From assembly GCA_044892505.1 (NCBI GenBank), contig CM097882.1, forward strand, positions 460,040,001 through 460,104,000: DNA of 64,000 bases. Reading direction: 5' to 3'. The notes under the pieces were generated by a model. The model saw only the letters and a program-made list of their open reading frames with translations, was not told the origin of the DNA and did no database searches. Source of the stretch: Schmidtea nova. Lineage: Eukaryota. Positions 39,051 to 51,125 of this stretch are shown here, piece after piece. The position numbers and the translations under genes are program-made. Within the stretch, counting starts at the first letter, position 1, and each line of letters starts with the position of its first letter.

Positions 39051-39516
39051 TGTAATCAATTTTTTATAATTTTAAAATTATTTTGTTAGATGTGTAATAC
39101 ATTTTAGTTTACTAGTTAGCATATTTATATGAAATGGTTAAAACTTAACTATTATAAAAATCTTTAGAATTAATAGAAATTTATTTTACCAGATATATTA
39201 GTGTATAACATGTATAAATTAGGTTCCAGCCCCCTCATTTTTTGTGTTCTCAAAAAATTACAGGTTCAAAAACATACATGTGCTCCTTTAAGTTAAGCGA
39301 TGTCTGTCTATCCTATTTGAATTTCTCACTAACTTCCGGGTTTCCAGATATTTTCATTGCACATGGAACATGGAAATGAAAATTAGTATAAAGTTTATTT
39401 TTAATTATTATAATTATTATTAAACATTAATAGTTATTAAACTTTATCTTAAATCTGACAATCTTAGTTTTCAAAATTTTTATAAATAACTATTTTTAAT
39501 AAAGGATTTTTTTTAG

Positions 39517-39736
39517 GATTTAGCTCAAAGAATTAGCGCTGAATTGAAACGCTATAGTATTCCACAAGCAGTCTTTGCCCAAAGAGTTTTATGTCGAAGT
39601 CAGGGAACCTTATCAGATTTATTAAGAAACCCAAAACCGTGGAGCAAATTAAAATCCGGAAGAGAAACGTTTCGTCGAATGTGTAAATGGCTAAATGAAC
39701 CGGAAGCATATCGTATGGCAAGTTTAAGGACTGCTC
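39517..39736 (+). CDS. onecut: onecut CUT-domain exon
   Basis: TTTTAG|GAT ... GCT C|GTAAGT. Encodes DLAQRISAELKRYSIPQAVFAQRVLCRSQGTLSDLLRNPKPWSKLKSGRETFRRMCKWLNEPE, near-identical to the Onecut CUT domain. Confidence 0.97.
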
Positions 39737-41101
39737 GTAAGTATTTTGTTAAATCACCACATTAATATTAAACAATTAATAAATAACAAGATAAGCCTTT
39801 GTTGCAAGTTTTATTTGGTGAGAATTTTCAATTATAATATAATCCTTATCAGTCTTTTCAAAATATTAATTTATGCAACTACCAAGAACCCATCGTTTTC
39901 TTCGTTCACAGTTAATATGTATTTATAACGTTTATTACCATATTGGTCACCGATAACCAACAGTATCAGATAATTAATTTATATAGAATTACATTATTTT
40001 ACATATTTTAAGTATTGTTATTATTATTCGAACAATTTACTCGATATATTTATAATTTCAGTATGAGTTTTATTAACAATTAAAATGCACAGCCAAAGTT
40101 TTAATATTTTATAAGAATAAATAGATCTAAGATTATCGGTTCATTTCTAAAATTGTTATTATTATCATTATTATTTTAATTATAAATTCATAAATAAACC
40201 ATTTATAACTACTGCCAGTAGTTTGTGTCATCAAAGCCAATAATATTTAAATTATTTATTAAATTAATCTTAATAAGGAATTATATCAAGTATATCCAGT
40301 ATATGCCCGCATATATTTATATAACATTTTTTCTAAAAATATTTTAAAATTCATTATTAAATTATTTTTAAGAAATTTTTGGCTATTTTTTAAGTGTCTT
40401 TGTTACTTTAATAATATATTTTTAATTAAATATTGTTTTGATTTTATATAAATTGTTAGGAAATTATATTTTTAGTCGGTAAATATTGATAAATAAATAT
40501 ACCTTTATTCAACAATATTTTTAAAAGTTAAATATAATCTTTAATTAGATTCGGTTCTATACCGCTTTCACCAATTTCCGTGATTAAGGCCCTTCACAGA
40601 CGATAAAAACTAATCGAAAAATATGCATTAAAATAAAATGCTCTTATTTATAACTTTCTGAAACAATTCTTTGACTTAAGTCGGAGAATGTTCGTGCCAC
40701 ATACTATACGAGTAATGACAAATTAGTGTTCCTACTTTTCTCCTGAATATAGTTTTTTCCAAAAACCCTTTTCATTTTTGTCAAATTGCCAAACAGGTAA
40801 AATAGGATACATAATTTATTTCAAAATTGAAAATGAATGAATTGTATCTTATCAGTCTGACAAATTTTTAATCTTAATCAATCTGTTAAGAAGTCATTTT
40901 TATGTTAATTATACAATCACATCGTAGTTTATTTTAACACTAAAACTACCAAAACGTCAAAATGACGAATTTCGCATTTTTGGGTTTATATTTATTAACA
41001 ATTTATACATATTGTTGTAAGAGTTTATGATTACTTTTAATTGTAAATTTAAGTAATTAAAAATCTATTTTTATTTTCTATTTAAGTACATTAATTAATA
41101 T

Positions 41102-44100
41102 TAGTGGGTCCTTTGGGATTTCCCGGAAATTTCTTCATTTTCGCATTTTGCTGAAATTTGCAATTTTAAATAAAACACTCAATGTTTGCGAGCATTTAGG
41201 AAAAGTTTTTTTTTAATTCTTTGTATCGAATTATTTTTATTTTGTATAATGAAAACATATTTTAAAACAAGAAAAGAACAAGAAAAGAACAAGAATTTTT
41301 GTTGTCGTAGATATAACAAGTTTTAAGTATTTTAATTATACCAAAAGAAAATTTGTTAAATAGTAATTTAAATTTATTTTGTGCAGTTTAATCGTTGCTG
41401 GTAAGCAATAAATCAGTGTACATTGATTAATTATATATTTTATTTATATTAGAGTTTTTATAAGACCATGTTAAAAAAGAATTTATAGGAAGTTTGGAAT
41501 CATTCAAAAGGATGAAAGCAGTGAAAATGCGGATTGTAAATACTGTTTAGCAAAAATCGGATTTAAAAAGGATCTTCGACCAGTGGATTAATTCGTCATC
41601 TTTCGGCTTCATCCGGAAAGCCCTTATAGTGTAAAGAAAATGAAGCCGATTTGGAACCAGCTGCAACATCTTCTAAGATTTCTAAAATTCAACCGATAAT
41701 CTTAAACTACACTAAACGTTAATATATAGCTGAAATAATCCGGTCTACAGTCAGACAGTTATTTACATATTGCAGTTTATAATGAACGCCTGCAGTGCAA
41801 ATATGAGCAGCAATGGGAAAAAGGTCACCAACATTTTCAACATGCTGCATGCACACATGTACACGAGCACTCGCACACACAGACACACAGAATATGACTA
41901 CTCACACCAGTCACACAACAGTGATAACAGTGAGTCAAAATGATGAAGGATTGTCATTTTCTTAGAATATGGCTACTCGGAGAGAGCTTACAGACTTTCA
42001 GAAAGGCATTATTTACGGATGTTATCTTTGTGGAAAAAGTCAGAGTGAAACTGCTGCATTAACTGGCCATCCAAAAGGAACTATTAACTACTTCCTGAGA
42101 AAGTTCCACCAAGAGCAGACACATGTCAACAAGCAACGTTTAGGCCGCCCTAAACTTCTGAGCATCCGTACACAACGGCAGATGAAATGACTTGTGGTGG
42201 CTCATACTCTGTTCCCACTGTCCAAGTTACTGTCCACATTCGTCGCGAATTACATTTTCATGGTTTCTATGGCAGATACTGCGCAAGGAAGCCTTTGATT
42301 ACAGAAACAATTCGTCGTCGACGCTTGAAGTGGTGTCGGGAGAGAAGGACTTGGACAGCAGAACTATGGCGCTCAGTCATTTGGAGTGATGAATCACGTA
42401 TTACTCTTTTCAAATCTGATGGACAGCAATTCTGGTGGCGTCGTTTAGGAGAACGATTTCACTCTGACTGCACTCAGCCAACTGTGAAATATGGAGGAGG
42501 CTTCATCATGTTTTGGAGTCTTTTTTAAGCTCGTGGAACTGGCCCTCTAGTGAAGTGCAGCAATCACATGACGTCAGTGATATACCCTGCCATTCTGGAA
42601 AATAAGCTTGCTCTATTTCTCCCAGAAATTGGGGGGCTCATTTTCCAACAGGATAATGCACAAATCCATACTTCACACATTATCTAAATGCTATTGAGTT
42701 TCTGTGGGACGTCCTTGGTAGACGAGTTTGCAAAAGGATTCCCATTGCTCTTAACGCCTCCGAACTGGAAACGCACCTGCATGAGAAATGGTCACAGATC
42801 TTCCCTGAGTTCCTGGCGAAAGTGGTCGATACAATGCCTAAACGAGTGCGCCTTGTTATCCAGATGAAAGGTAAAATAACGAAGTACTAACTCTCTCAGC
42901 CCTACAGACATTCAGTATTCGTGGGTGTTTGTGACATTTGTTCCCATTTCTGTTCAGTTTAAAACTGTTCATTATCAACTGCAAAATGTAAATAACTGCC
43001 TGACTGGAGACTTTTGGTAGGCCGGGGTAGTTATGTGCTTTATACGGGTTTTCAATTTCTGGTGTTTGCAAAAGTTCGTTTATAAGGGAAAGTTTGAAAT
43101 CCCATGGTTTACAATTGCTTAAGACCAACCAATGTTATGACACTTAAACACGATTACTATGAATTATTAAAATTGGAAACCTTAAAAAAAGAAATTTGTT
43201 CAAAAAAGAAAATTCATTGTTAAGATTGACACTTGATGAATGGACATGTGTAAAAATCGCCGTTATTTGAACATTAATGTACATTATTCATACGGAAGCT
43301 ACGATAACCTAGGTCTGATAAGAATTTATGGAAATTGTTAAGCTGAAATTTTAAATGATCTACTTCAATAAAAACATTCGAGTTTTTAAATCAACTTAAG
43401 TGATGTTTTAGCCGCAACAACCGACGGTGCAGGTATTATGAAAAAATTTGGGATTGAGTCATCAATAATGTTTAACCAGGGTATTTACCTAGCAATTTGT
43501 GACACTAGTTACAAAGAAATATCAAAACCCATTAAAAACGATTTTTCTTCTGCAGAATAATCTGATGAGGGTTATAACGATTATGAATCTACACGACTAG
43601 ATGAAGATCCTGCTGCTGAATTAACCACAAGTATTGATTTTATTTTGGAAAACCATGAAGATTTTAAGATAGCTTTGAACAATGTCCGCAAAATTGTGAA
43701 GTTATTTAAACAATCAACCGTAAAAACTTTGTGATTCAAAAACATATAAAAAACGAGCATGGAAAAGAACTCAAATTTAAGTTGGATTCTCGGACTAAGT
43801 GGAACAGTATTGTTTAAATTTTGGAGCGGTATTTGTTGGTTAAATCCTGTATTAAAAAGCATTGATAGACCTTAACTCCCTGGTAAAATTATACGAAAAT
43901 GAGATTATTAAGATGCAGGAATTGCTAAGTGTCTTAAAACCAGTTCAATTGACGGCTGAAGCACTGGGTAGAAGAGATTGTAATCCTGGAACTTCAGAGG
44001 GATTATAAAGTTTCTCTTCAATTCTCTTCCAGATTTAGCTGGTCCTTAAGCAAAAAAATTATTGAAAGCACTACAGAACAGGTTATCAGAAAGACATTCA

Positions 44101-44843
44101 AAAGATTTGATTTCGCTTTGTAATGTTTCTGCAAATTTTAGAAAATTTAAACCCTACTACTGACTGTGACATCCATAGTTATAAACAGTTTTTTGCAAAA
44201 TCATCGATTTCCGCGATATCTATATTAGAAAAAGACTTGGTAATCCTGTATTGTTCTGATGACATAGATAATATTTCAGATTTATGCGACATAATTGATG
44301 TAACTACAACAAGTAATACTTATTTACCATCTCCATCAACTACAAATTATTTGTAGAGGGAGTCTTTGGCAAGTGCTATAATTATATCACAGAAAACTAT
44401 GGAAGCAGTAAAACCTGACAAAACAACGTCTATACAAAAGGAGATGGAATTATGTGAGGCAACGGGAACAATGACACATACTCTTAAACGAATTTATAAT
44501 TCATTAAGGACGAATAAACCTACATCGACCGAACCAGAGCGGGTGTTTTCAATTGCCGGCACAATCGTCACTATGAGACCACTCAATTGATGTCTTGTTC
44601 TTTTTTAAAAACTTATTTAAAAACTTAGATAATGCAGCCTGAAGAACAGATTTATTAAAAATTTATTATATTTTTGTTTTAATTTTGTTTTTTCTGTTTT
44701 TCTTTTGAAAAAAAATGAATTGATAATAATGTAAAATTTTTAATATTTAAAAAAATACCCGGGTACTGGGTAATCTCGGGATTTTAATAATTTTCAATCA
44801 CGAATCTTGAGATTGAAAAAACGTCCAGGAACAGGACCCATTA
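41102..44843 (+). mobile_element. Degraded hAT transposon with BED finger, interrupted by Tc1
   Basis: TIR TAGTGGGTCCT / AGGACCCATTA and TSD ATTAATAT / ATTAATAG (7/8). Peptides DCKYC...STSGLIRHL, NRRYLNINVH, ATTDGAGIMKK, LDSRTKWNS and PTSTEPERVFSIAG. Confidence 0.85.
41748..43006 (+). mobile_element. Tc1-family transposon (pseudogenised transposase 41969-42890)
   Basis: 40-bp TIR CAGTCAG(A/G)CAGTTATTTACAT... (37/40). Left TA is intact; the right one reads GA. Motifs GRPKLLS, VIWSDESR, TVKYGGG, FQQDNA and EFLWDVL. Confidence 0.92.
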
Positions 44844-45860
44844 ATTAATAGGAATATTGATGTGGTAAAACTAGATATATAATCAATCCTGGTAGTTTTA
44901 CTGTTATTAACGAAATTAGACGGATACATTAGAACAACAAAATCAAAAGTTCTGAGTTATTTAACTTATATAGTTGATATAAAATTATGTAACTCAGAGT
45001 ATTTGGTATGCAGTTTTAACACAAAGATTCTCAATCTAAAGGTCGCCTGAGTTGCAGAAATCTGTAGGAAGAGAAACCTAATCATTTTTTTGGTTTAGAG
45101 AGTAATTTCTAGATCTTTTGGACCCCGATGGACAATCCTAAAGCCCAGGTTTTAGTGTATACTTAGTTGGGGGTCACAGCAATAAAAAGGTTGAGAACCT
45201 CTCTAATATGTTCTTTTAATTTCGTTTTTAAAATGATCTATTTATTAGTAAGTAATAAATTAATATAAATATGTTTATTAATTGATTCTTCCGTCAAAAA
45301 ATTCAGTATTAATTGTGAAATCATAGTTTAATAAAAATCTCACGTTAAAACTTTGGTTGTTTTAATATTGTTCGCTAAAATTACAGAAAACAATCGAAAT
45401 AAATGACTGCTATTTATATATTTTATTTTTTAAGCATTATATTCCATTAGAACAAACACATAACGACGTGTGACAGATTGAAATTTAAGCTTTTTACACC
45501 ATTTGTATACCACAGTTACAACCTCATTTTTTAAAAATTGCCCGTCTTTTTGTTGATGCAGAATAACAGAAAAAATACAGAAAAATCTGAACTGTACAGT
45601 TTCAAATAAACTCATTGCCTTTAGAGACATTTTCCAAAAAATATACTAAATGTCTTTTTGTAAAGCCTTTCTGTGAAGCATGCGAGCAATGAAGAGGGGA
45701 AAGCGTAAGGCTTTACGATAGCAGCTAGAAGACATTTATGACGCAATAATAGAAGAAACTCTAGCTGCTCAAATAAAATATTACGTGATAAAATTTTAGT
45801 CAGCTTGATTGTTTGATTCGATTTTTCATTTAAAGTAAATTTTATAACTAAAATAATGCA

Positions 45861-46070
45861 ATCATAATTATCTTTTGGTTTCACCTTTGATCTCTTTTTA
45901 TTTATATCAATAATTTTCATAATTGTAAACATAGATCAAATTTTTACACGTATTTTGGCACAGCCTTTATCAAGTATGTATTTATACATTTTTGATAAAG
46001 ACTGTGCCGAAATATGGTGTAAAAAATTATTCTATGGTCAAACAATTATGAAAATTATTGATATAAGGTA
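45861..46070. repeat. Foldback family copy with ~70-bp inverted arms
   Basis: 45904-45973 and 45992-46064 are imperfect inverted repeats with the same GGCACAGCCTTTATCAA core as 35469-35592. Confidence 0.85.
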
Positions 46071-46126
46071 ATGCAGTTGATGTATTTCAATAGCTTTCTT
46101 CTTTACAACATCTTCGTGATTGGATC

Positions 46127-46131
<5 letters not shown>

Positions 46132-46159
<28 letters not shown>
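46132..46159. repeat. (TA)n microsatellite
   Basis: About 14 AT units. Confidence 0.9.
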
Positions 46160-46162
<3 letters not shown>

Positions 46163-47400
46163 TTCAGATATTAACATACATATTCATGTTCATATACTTA
46201 TTTGTAAATTCATTTGCTATCCATTTAATAGTTCAAAGAAATAAAAGATTAATAAAGCCAGCAAACGATCTGTGAGCAATATTCACTTTATCCGATTTAT
46301 TGACAGTAAAATTGAACATAATTAATATACTTGTCATTTATTCTATCATTTCTACATTTTAAACCAAATTGTAATGATAAAATTATTCTTTGCCATGCTG
46401 TTTTATTGGACAAATTGTAATGGAATTTCGTGCGATTTGCATAACGTGAGATTTTTCACATAACAATTTTAATTAAAATAAACAACAATCTCATACAAAT
46501 CATTATCAATATATTTCTATCCTTCATGGAGAAAATCAATAAGATATTTAGACAAATTGGTTTTAATTTATTGATTTAGAGGTCATGGCGTAGGATTTTG
46601 AGCAATTCATAACGTTTAAATTATAATATTGAATATTTTATTAATCTTGCCAAAAATATTAAATTGAAAATTAAACATTTTATTAATTTTGATGCATTCA
46701 AATTATCATTTTGTCAAATATGAAGTTGCCGATGAATATGCTAAATGCTATTACAATAAAAGCATTAAAAAAAGTATACATTTATTCAGTCAATCTTCCA
46801 CTTGGGCAATAAGTCATTAAACCCTTTTTTGTAAAGGCAATTCTTGCGGGAAATGATGAATTCGTCAATGGTTTTTTCGATTTCACTGTGATTCCTGAAT
46901 TTTATATTAGTTCATATGTTTAAAAAAAGTGAAAATCTGTAGAAGAGATCGGATGAATATGGACTTAGTCTCAAACTTCAACTCTTTCATATTCAAAAGT
47001 GTCATTTTGCCACGTGAAGGCTTGTTATCATCAATATAATGACACCATTCTAGTCACTAAGCTTGGTAATTTCTGCTGCAGTTTAGAACGAATAATTTCA
47101 AGTTGATGAGTGCAACAATGAGCATTGTAATACCCAAAATTTTCATTTTTTTAAATATAGACTAACTCAATTTTTTTTATTTTTAAAGTATATGAAAATT
47201 TTGAAAAATTGGATCTCTATTCTCTACATGAAAAAGATGAAAATATCTGAATTATAAAAGAAAAGATCAAAAGTATATAAGAGATATTTAGGATAAAAAA
47301 GACGATAAAACAGAAATTGCTCATAATCAATAAAAAATTATTTAATTTTTTGAAATTAACTTCGAATTAAACTTATAAAATAAATTTTATTTTCAAGTAG

Positions 47401-48422
47401 CTGGAAAACGTAAAGATGATATGCCAAAAACTCCCGAAGACCTAAAACAGTCGAAAAAACCTCGATTAGTTTTTACAGACATTCAAAGGAGAACGTTACA
47501 CGCGATTTTCAAGGAGACTAAAAGGCCAAGCAAGGAAATGCAGACAACAATCGCCCAACAATTGAATCTCGATGTATCAACTGTTGCTAATTTTTTCATG
47601 AATGCTCGTCGACGATCTGTCGACAAATGGCAAGAAGACATCACAGGCGACGGAACGGATTCAATTCTTGACAATAACAATTCAGAATCAATCTATGATG
47701 TTAGTGGCAGTCCACAAACCGATCATTTATTGAGCAATTATTCTCTTTTAAACAGCAAGCATGAGTTGTTAGATTCGGTTGAGAAATCTATTTTGAATGA
47801 GAATTGTTTTTTAAATTCCCCTGGAAACTTTTATGATCAGAAATCTCATCAAGATCTCAGTACGAATGAATCCATAAAATCAGTAAATAAACGTCAGAAA
47901 ATCAAAGGTACAGACAACACTTTATTATTGTCAGCGGTAAATGAAACAAAGTCTATCGTGGATTCTATAATATCAGATGCATTGTCAGATTCCGTCACCA
48001 ATTCGTCTATGATAAACACTTTGCCTTTTAGCAGTAATAACAGTAGCAATTCAACCAGCCAATCAGATGTTAATCACAATAACAATCATCTTTATCATCA
48101 TTATCAACAGAAATCTCCTAATTCTCATTTATCAGACGACGTCGATGACGACGAAGAAGGGGAGGAAGAAGAGGATGTCAATGCAGAAATCAGAGACGAT
48201 AATGATGGAAATGATTCACTTCAACCTGTTGATGAGATGCTCACAGATCTGACAACAAATTCAGTGACGGAATTTTTCGATTCCACTAATCAACGAACAC
48301 CATCATTTGATGATGATGATGATGATGTCTATGAAGATGTCGACGAAACGGAATTAGATGTATCGACAGCGCATTTTTCTAAATCTTGTAACAACATCAT
48401 CAATAACAACAACAAACTTTAG
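47401..48422 (+). CDS. onecut: onecut last exon: homeodomain plus long Ser/Asn/acidic tail
   Basis: TAG|CT GGA AAA CGT AAA completes the phase-1 codon. KKPRLVFTDIQRRTLHAIFKETKRPSKEMQTTIAQQLNLDVSTVANFFMNARRRS has the Onecut-diagnostic F48/M50. Stop at 48420-48422, with AATAAA near 48932. Confidence 0.96.
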
Positions 48423-51055
48423 GAATTTTATCATTTCTTTGGTATTTTTTAAGAAAAAACATCTATGTGCCTCAAATTTGTTTATGTTGCCGAATTTTAT
48501 GTACAGAGAAAAAAGTATTGAATTGTTGATTGTCTGTACCCGAATGTCATCGTTTTTTAATTTTAAGCTGTGTGTAAATTATTATTTAAAAATGGTGCTG
48601 TGCTTTATTGTTATTTGAACGACTAGTGTTGCATGACAAATATTTATACACAACTAGATGAGAAAAAACATCAACATTTAGTTGACAATTTTATTGTACT
48701 GCTTAAATTTTTCAATAATTTTTTTTGTAATGAATCAGAAATATTTGCAGATTTTATTAAAGAATAATTATACAATTTCGGACTTCAATTACTAAGGTTC
48801 TTTATTGTGTCACGCTTATTATCCACTCACTCGCTCTACCTATCTCTGTTTCCAATGCTTTTCATTTGTTGGTTTTAGTTTTAATTTTATTTTTTTTAAA
48901 TACAAACTGTTTTTTTGTTATTGCTTTGAAAATAAACATTGAATTATTATATATGCAAATGAAATAAATTTTATCAGTTCGTATTAAATATTGTGATATA
49001 TATATTTGTGGTTTGTATTGGAATTGTCGAAGATCTCATTGTTTCGAGCGCATGCGGGTTATATAATCATCGCGGTTAGATGATAATTTATGTATATTGT
49101 TCAGACTTTGATATGAATATTTAAATACAATGTTATTTACTGTGACTTTGGAGTTTTTTATTTATTTTTGATTCAGCTATTTAGTAGGGATTAGGCAAAT
49201 CAGAGTTTGTCAAATTATGTATCGAATTTCTGTCAATTTTTTCTGGAAAGTTAAATATTTTTTAATTATTTCTCAAATTCCTAATTTAATTTTTGTGAAG
49301 CAGTTAAAGCATTAAATTTTTAAAAATAAATTTAACAAAAATATTTTAAATGTTATGAATTTCTTAAATTAGGTTTAGCCAAACATTTTTTCTTTGAGGT
49401 CACTTTGATTTATAAAAATCCATTGACACCCAGTGTAATTTTTAATATTAAATATTTTTAAAATATATTTTACAAAAGATTTTTAAATAGTAATAAATAA
49501 AAGGTATAATAAAAATTGTTTTTTTATAAAAGGATTTATTAAGAAACATGGTGTTTTCATATTGAAGTAAATTTATTTCTAGTTGGCAAAATAAACTTCA
49601 TGTTTCTTTACTAGACGTTGATATTCTGCTAATAATTCATAAGCTTTAATCTTAAGTTTCCCTTTTCTTTCATGCTTAACATATTTTCTGCTTAATCATG
49701 ACTCATGAGTGCATTAGTATAATTAAATTCTGCTTTAACAATATATGAAGTGGAAAACCACAATATAAAAAGTAATGCTATTCCACAATTTTTGGAATAT
49801 CTAGCTATTATTTATTTCACTTTCAAAATAATTCGACAGCCTTATTTATTAACAATACTTTCGTTGAAAACCAACGGTTATAATTATGGGCTAGTCAAAA
49901 ATTCCTTGGTTTTCTGCATTGTTCTGTTTCAAGTCACATTGAAAAGGATATACAATCCATTAGGGAACTAGCATGCTCTGCGACACTGCAAATTTATTTT
50001 TATAATCACAAAGCTTATTTAAATTGTTAAAATCTATCTAAATCATAATCAGTTATACTTAATTCTCTCAATTGATCTATAAATCTACAAGTCTTAAAAA
50101 CACTTGTCTTCTGACTTCAGTGAGCAGCGGTAGTTGATTTCCTATTTCATCATTTAATGAATATTTTTCAATTTTTAATGTATTATATTTATTACTTTAT
50201 TATTTTGATACATGTTTTAAGAGCTGTATGTAATCTGGGCTAACGAGTTTTGCCTTTAGGTATTATCTATGAATCACTCAATGAATAGTGCGTAAATATT
50301 TTTTTTGTTTTAGAAGCATCGCAAATTCATGATACCGACTTGCTATGACGAGTGCTTATCAATGACATCAACATAAATATCCTTCATTAGAATATTATTT
50401 TTCTTCATATTTCTTTCGAATGGCTGAAATCTTTGAAAGTAACTTAATAATTAAACTAATTGATTGATTGATGTTTGAATGTGTGTATTTTTGCATTGTG
50501 GTAATATTTGATGAATCAAATCTCTATTTCATAATGTTGGGTTATTTTCAAATAGTCGGTTGGTATCTGACTCATGTGTTCTTTCTTTGACAATAATGAA
50601 TTAAATCCAACACAATAATATTTATTTTCAAATTAAACAAACACAATTTCGATTACACCAAGTTACAAAATGTCCTCTGCACTCTTCTAACGTTAGGGTA
50701 GGTAACCCAATGGGAAATCTCCCTTTCTGATACGCAAAAAATTGGTTAAATCAGCACTCTAACTTTTAGTTCTCTTTTAAGTTTTCTTTCTGTCGCTTCT
50801 GATTTATCACTTCTAATTACAAACTCATATATAGTAACACTGAGTTTATATAGTAACTTCGTCACTTCAGCTTCTCGCTTTAATTTCATTTTTGATAATT
50901 GCATTTTAGTTTCTTTAAATAAAATAATCAAATTGTCCTATTGCTGCGGTTTGCCACCGGGTTTAATTTGTTTTGGACAAATTGGGTTTTCAGCTTTTCC
51001 CGTGGCATCCTTTCATCATCCAATTCTCTTGAATAATCTAATAATTTTGTTGATG

Positions 51056-51125
51056 CCCTGGGTTTCCCATATCGCTCGGGTCTCTCATTAGATCGGGTTT
51101 CCTATTAGCTCGGGTTTTCTACTTA
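51056..51125. repeat. Imperfect 17-18-bp tandem repeat (TCGGGTTTCCTATTAGC-like x4)
   Basis: CTGGGTTTCCCATATCGC / TCGGGTCTCTCATTAGA / TCGGGTTTCCTATTAGC / TCGGGTTTTCTACTTAA. Confidence 0.7.

Noticed and set aside
39680-39695. RRMCKW instead of vertebrate RRMWKW in the CUT domain
   Set aside because: This position varies among invertebrate Onecut proteins, so it is not evidence of altered function.
40586-40720. Possible Harbinger-like or other transposon termini (also 54810-54860 and 37980-38010)
   Set aside because: Only single ends were found, with no matching inverted partner or TSD.
46800-47140. hAT-like HCCTHQL peptide on the minus strand (similar weak fragment at 15120-15200)
   Set aside because: Too short and degenerate to delimit or classify.
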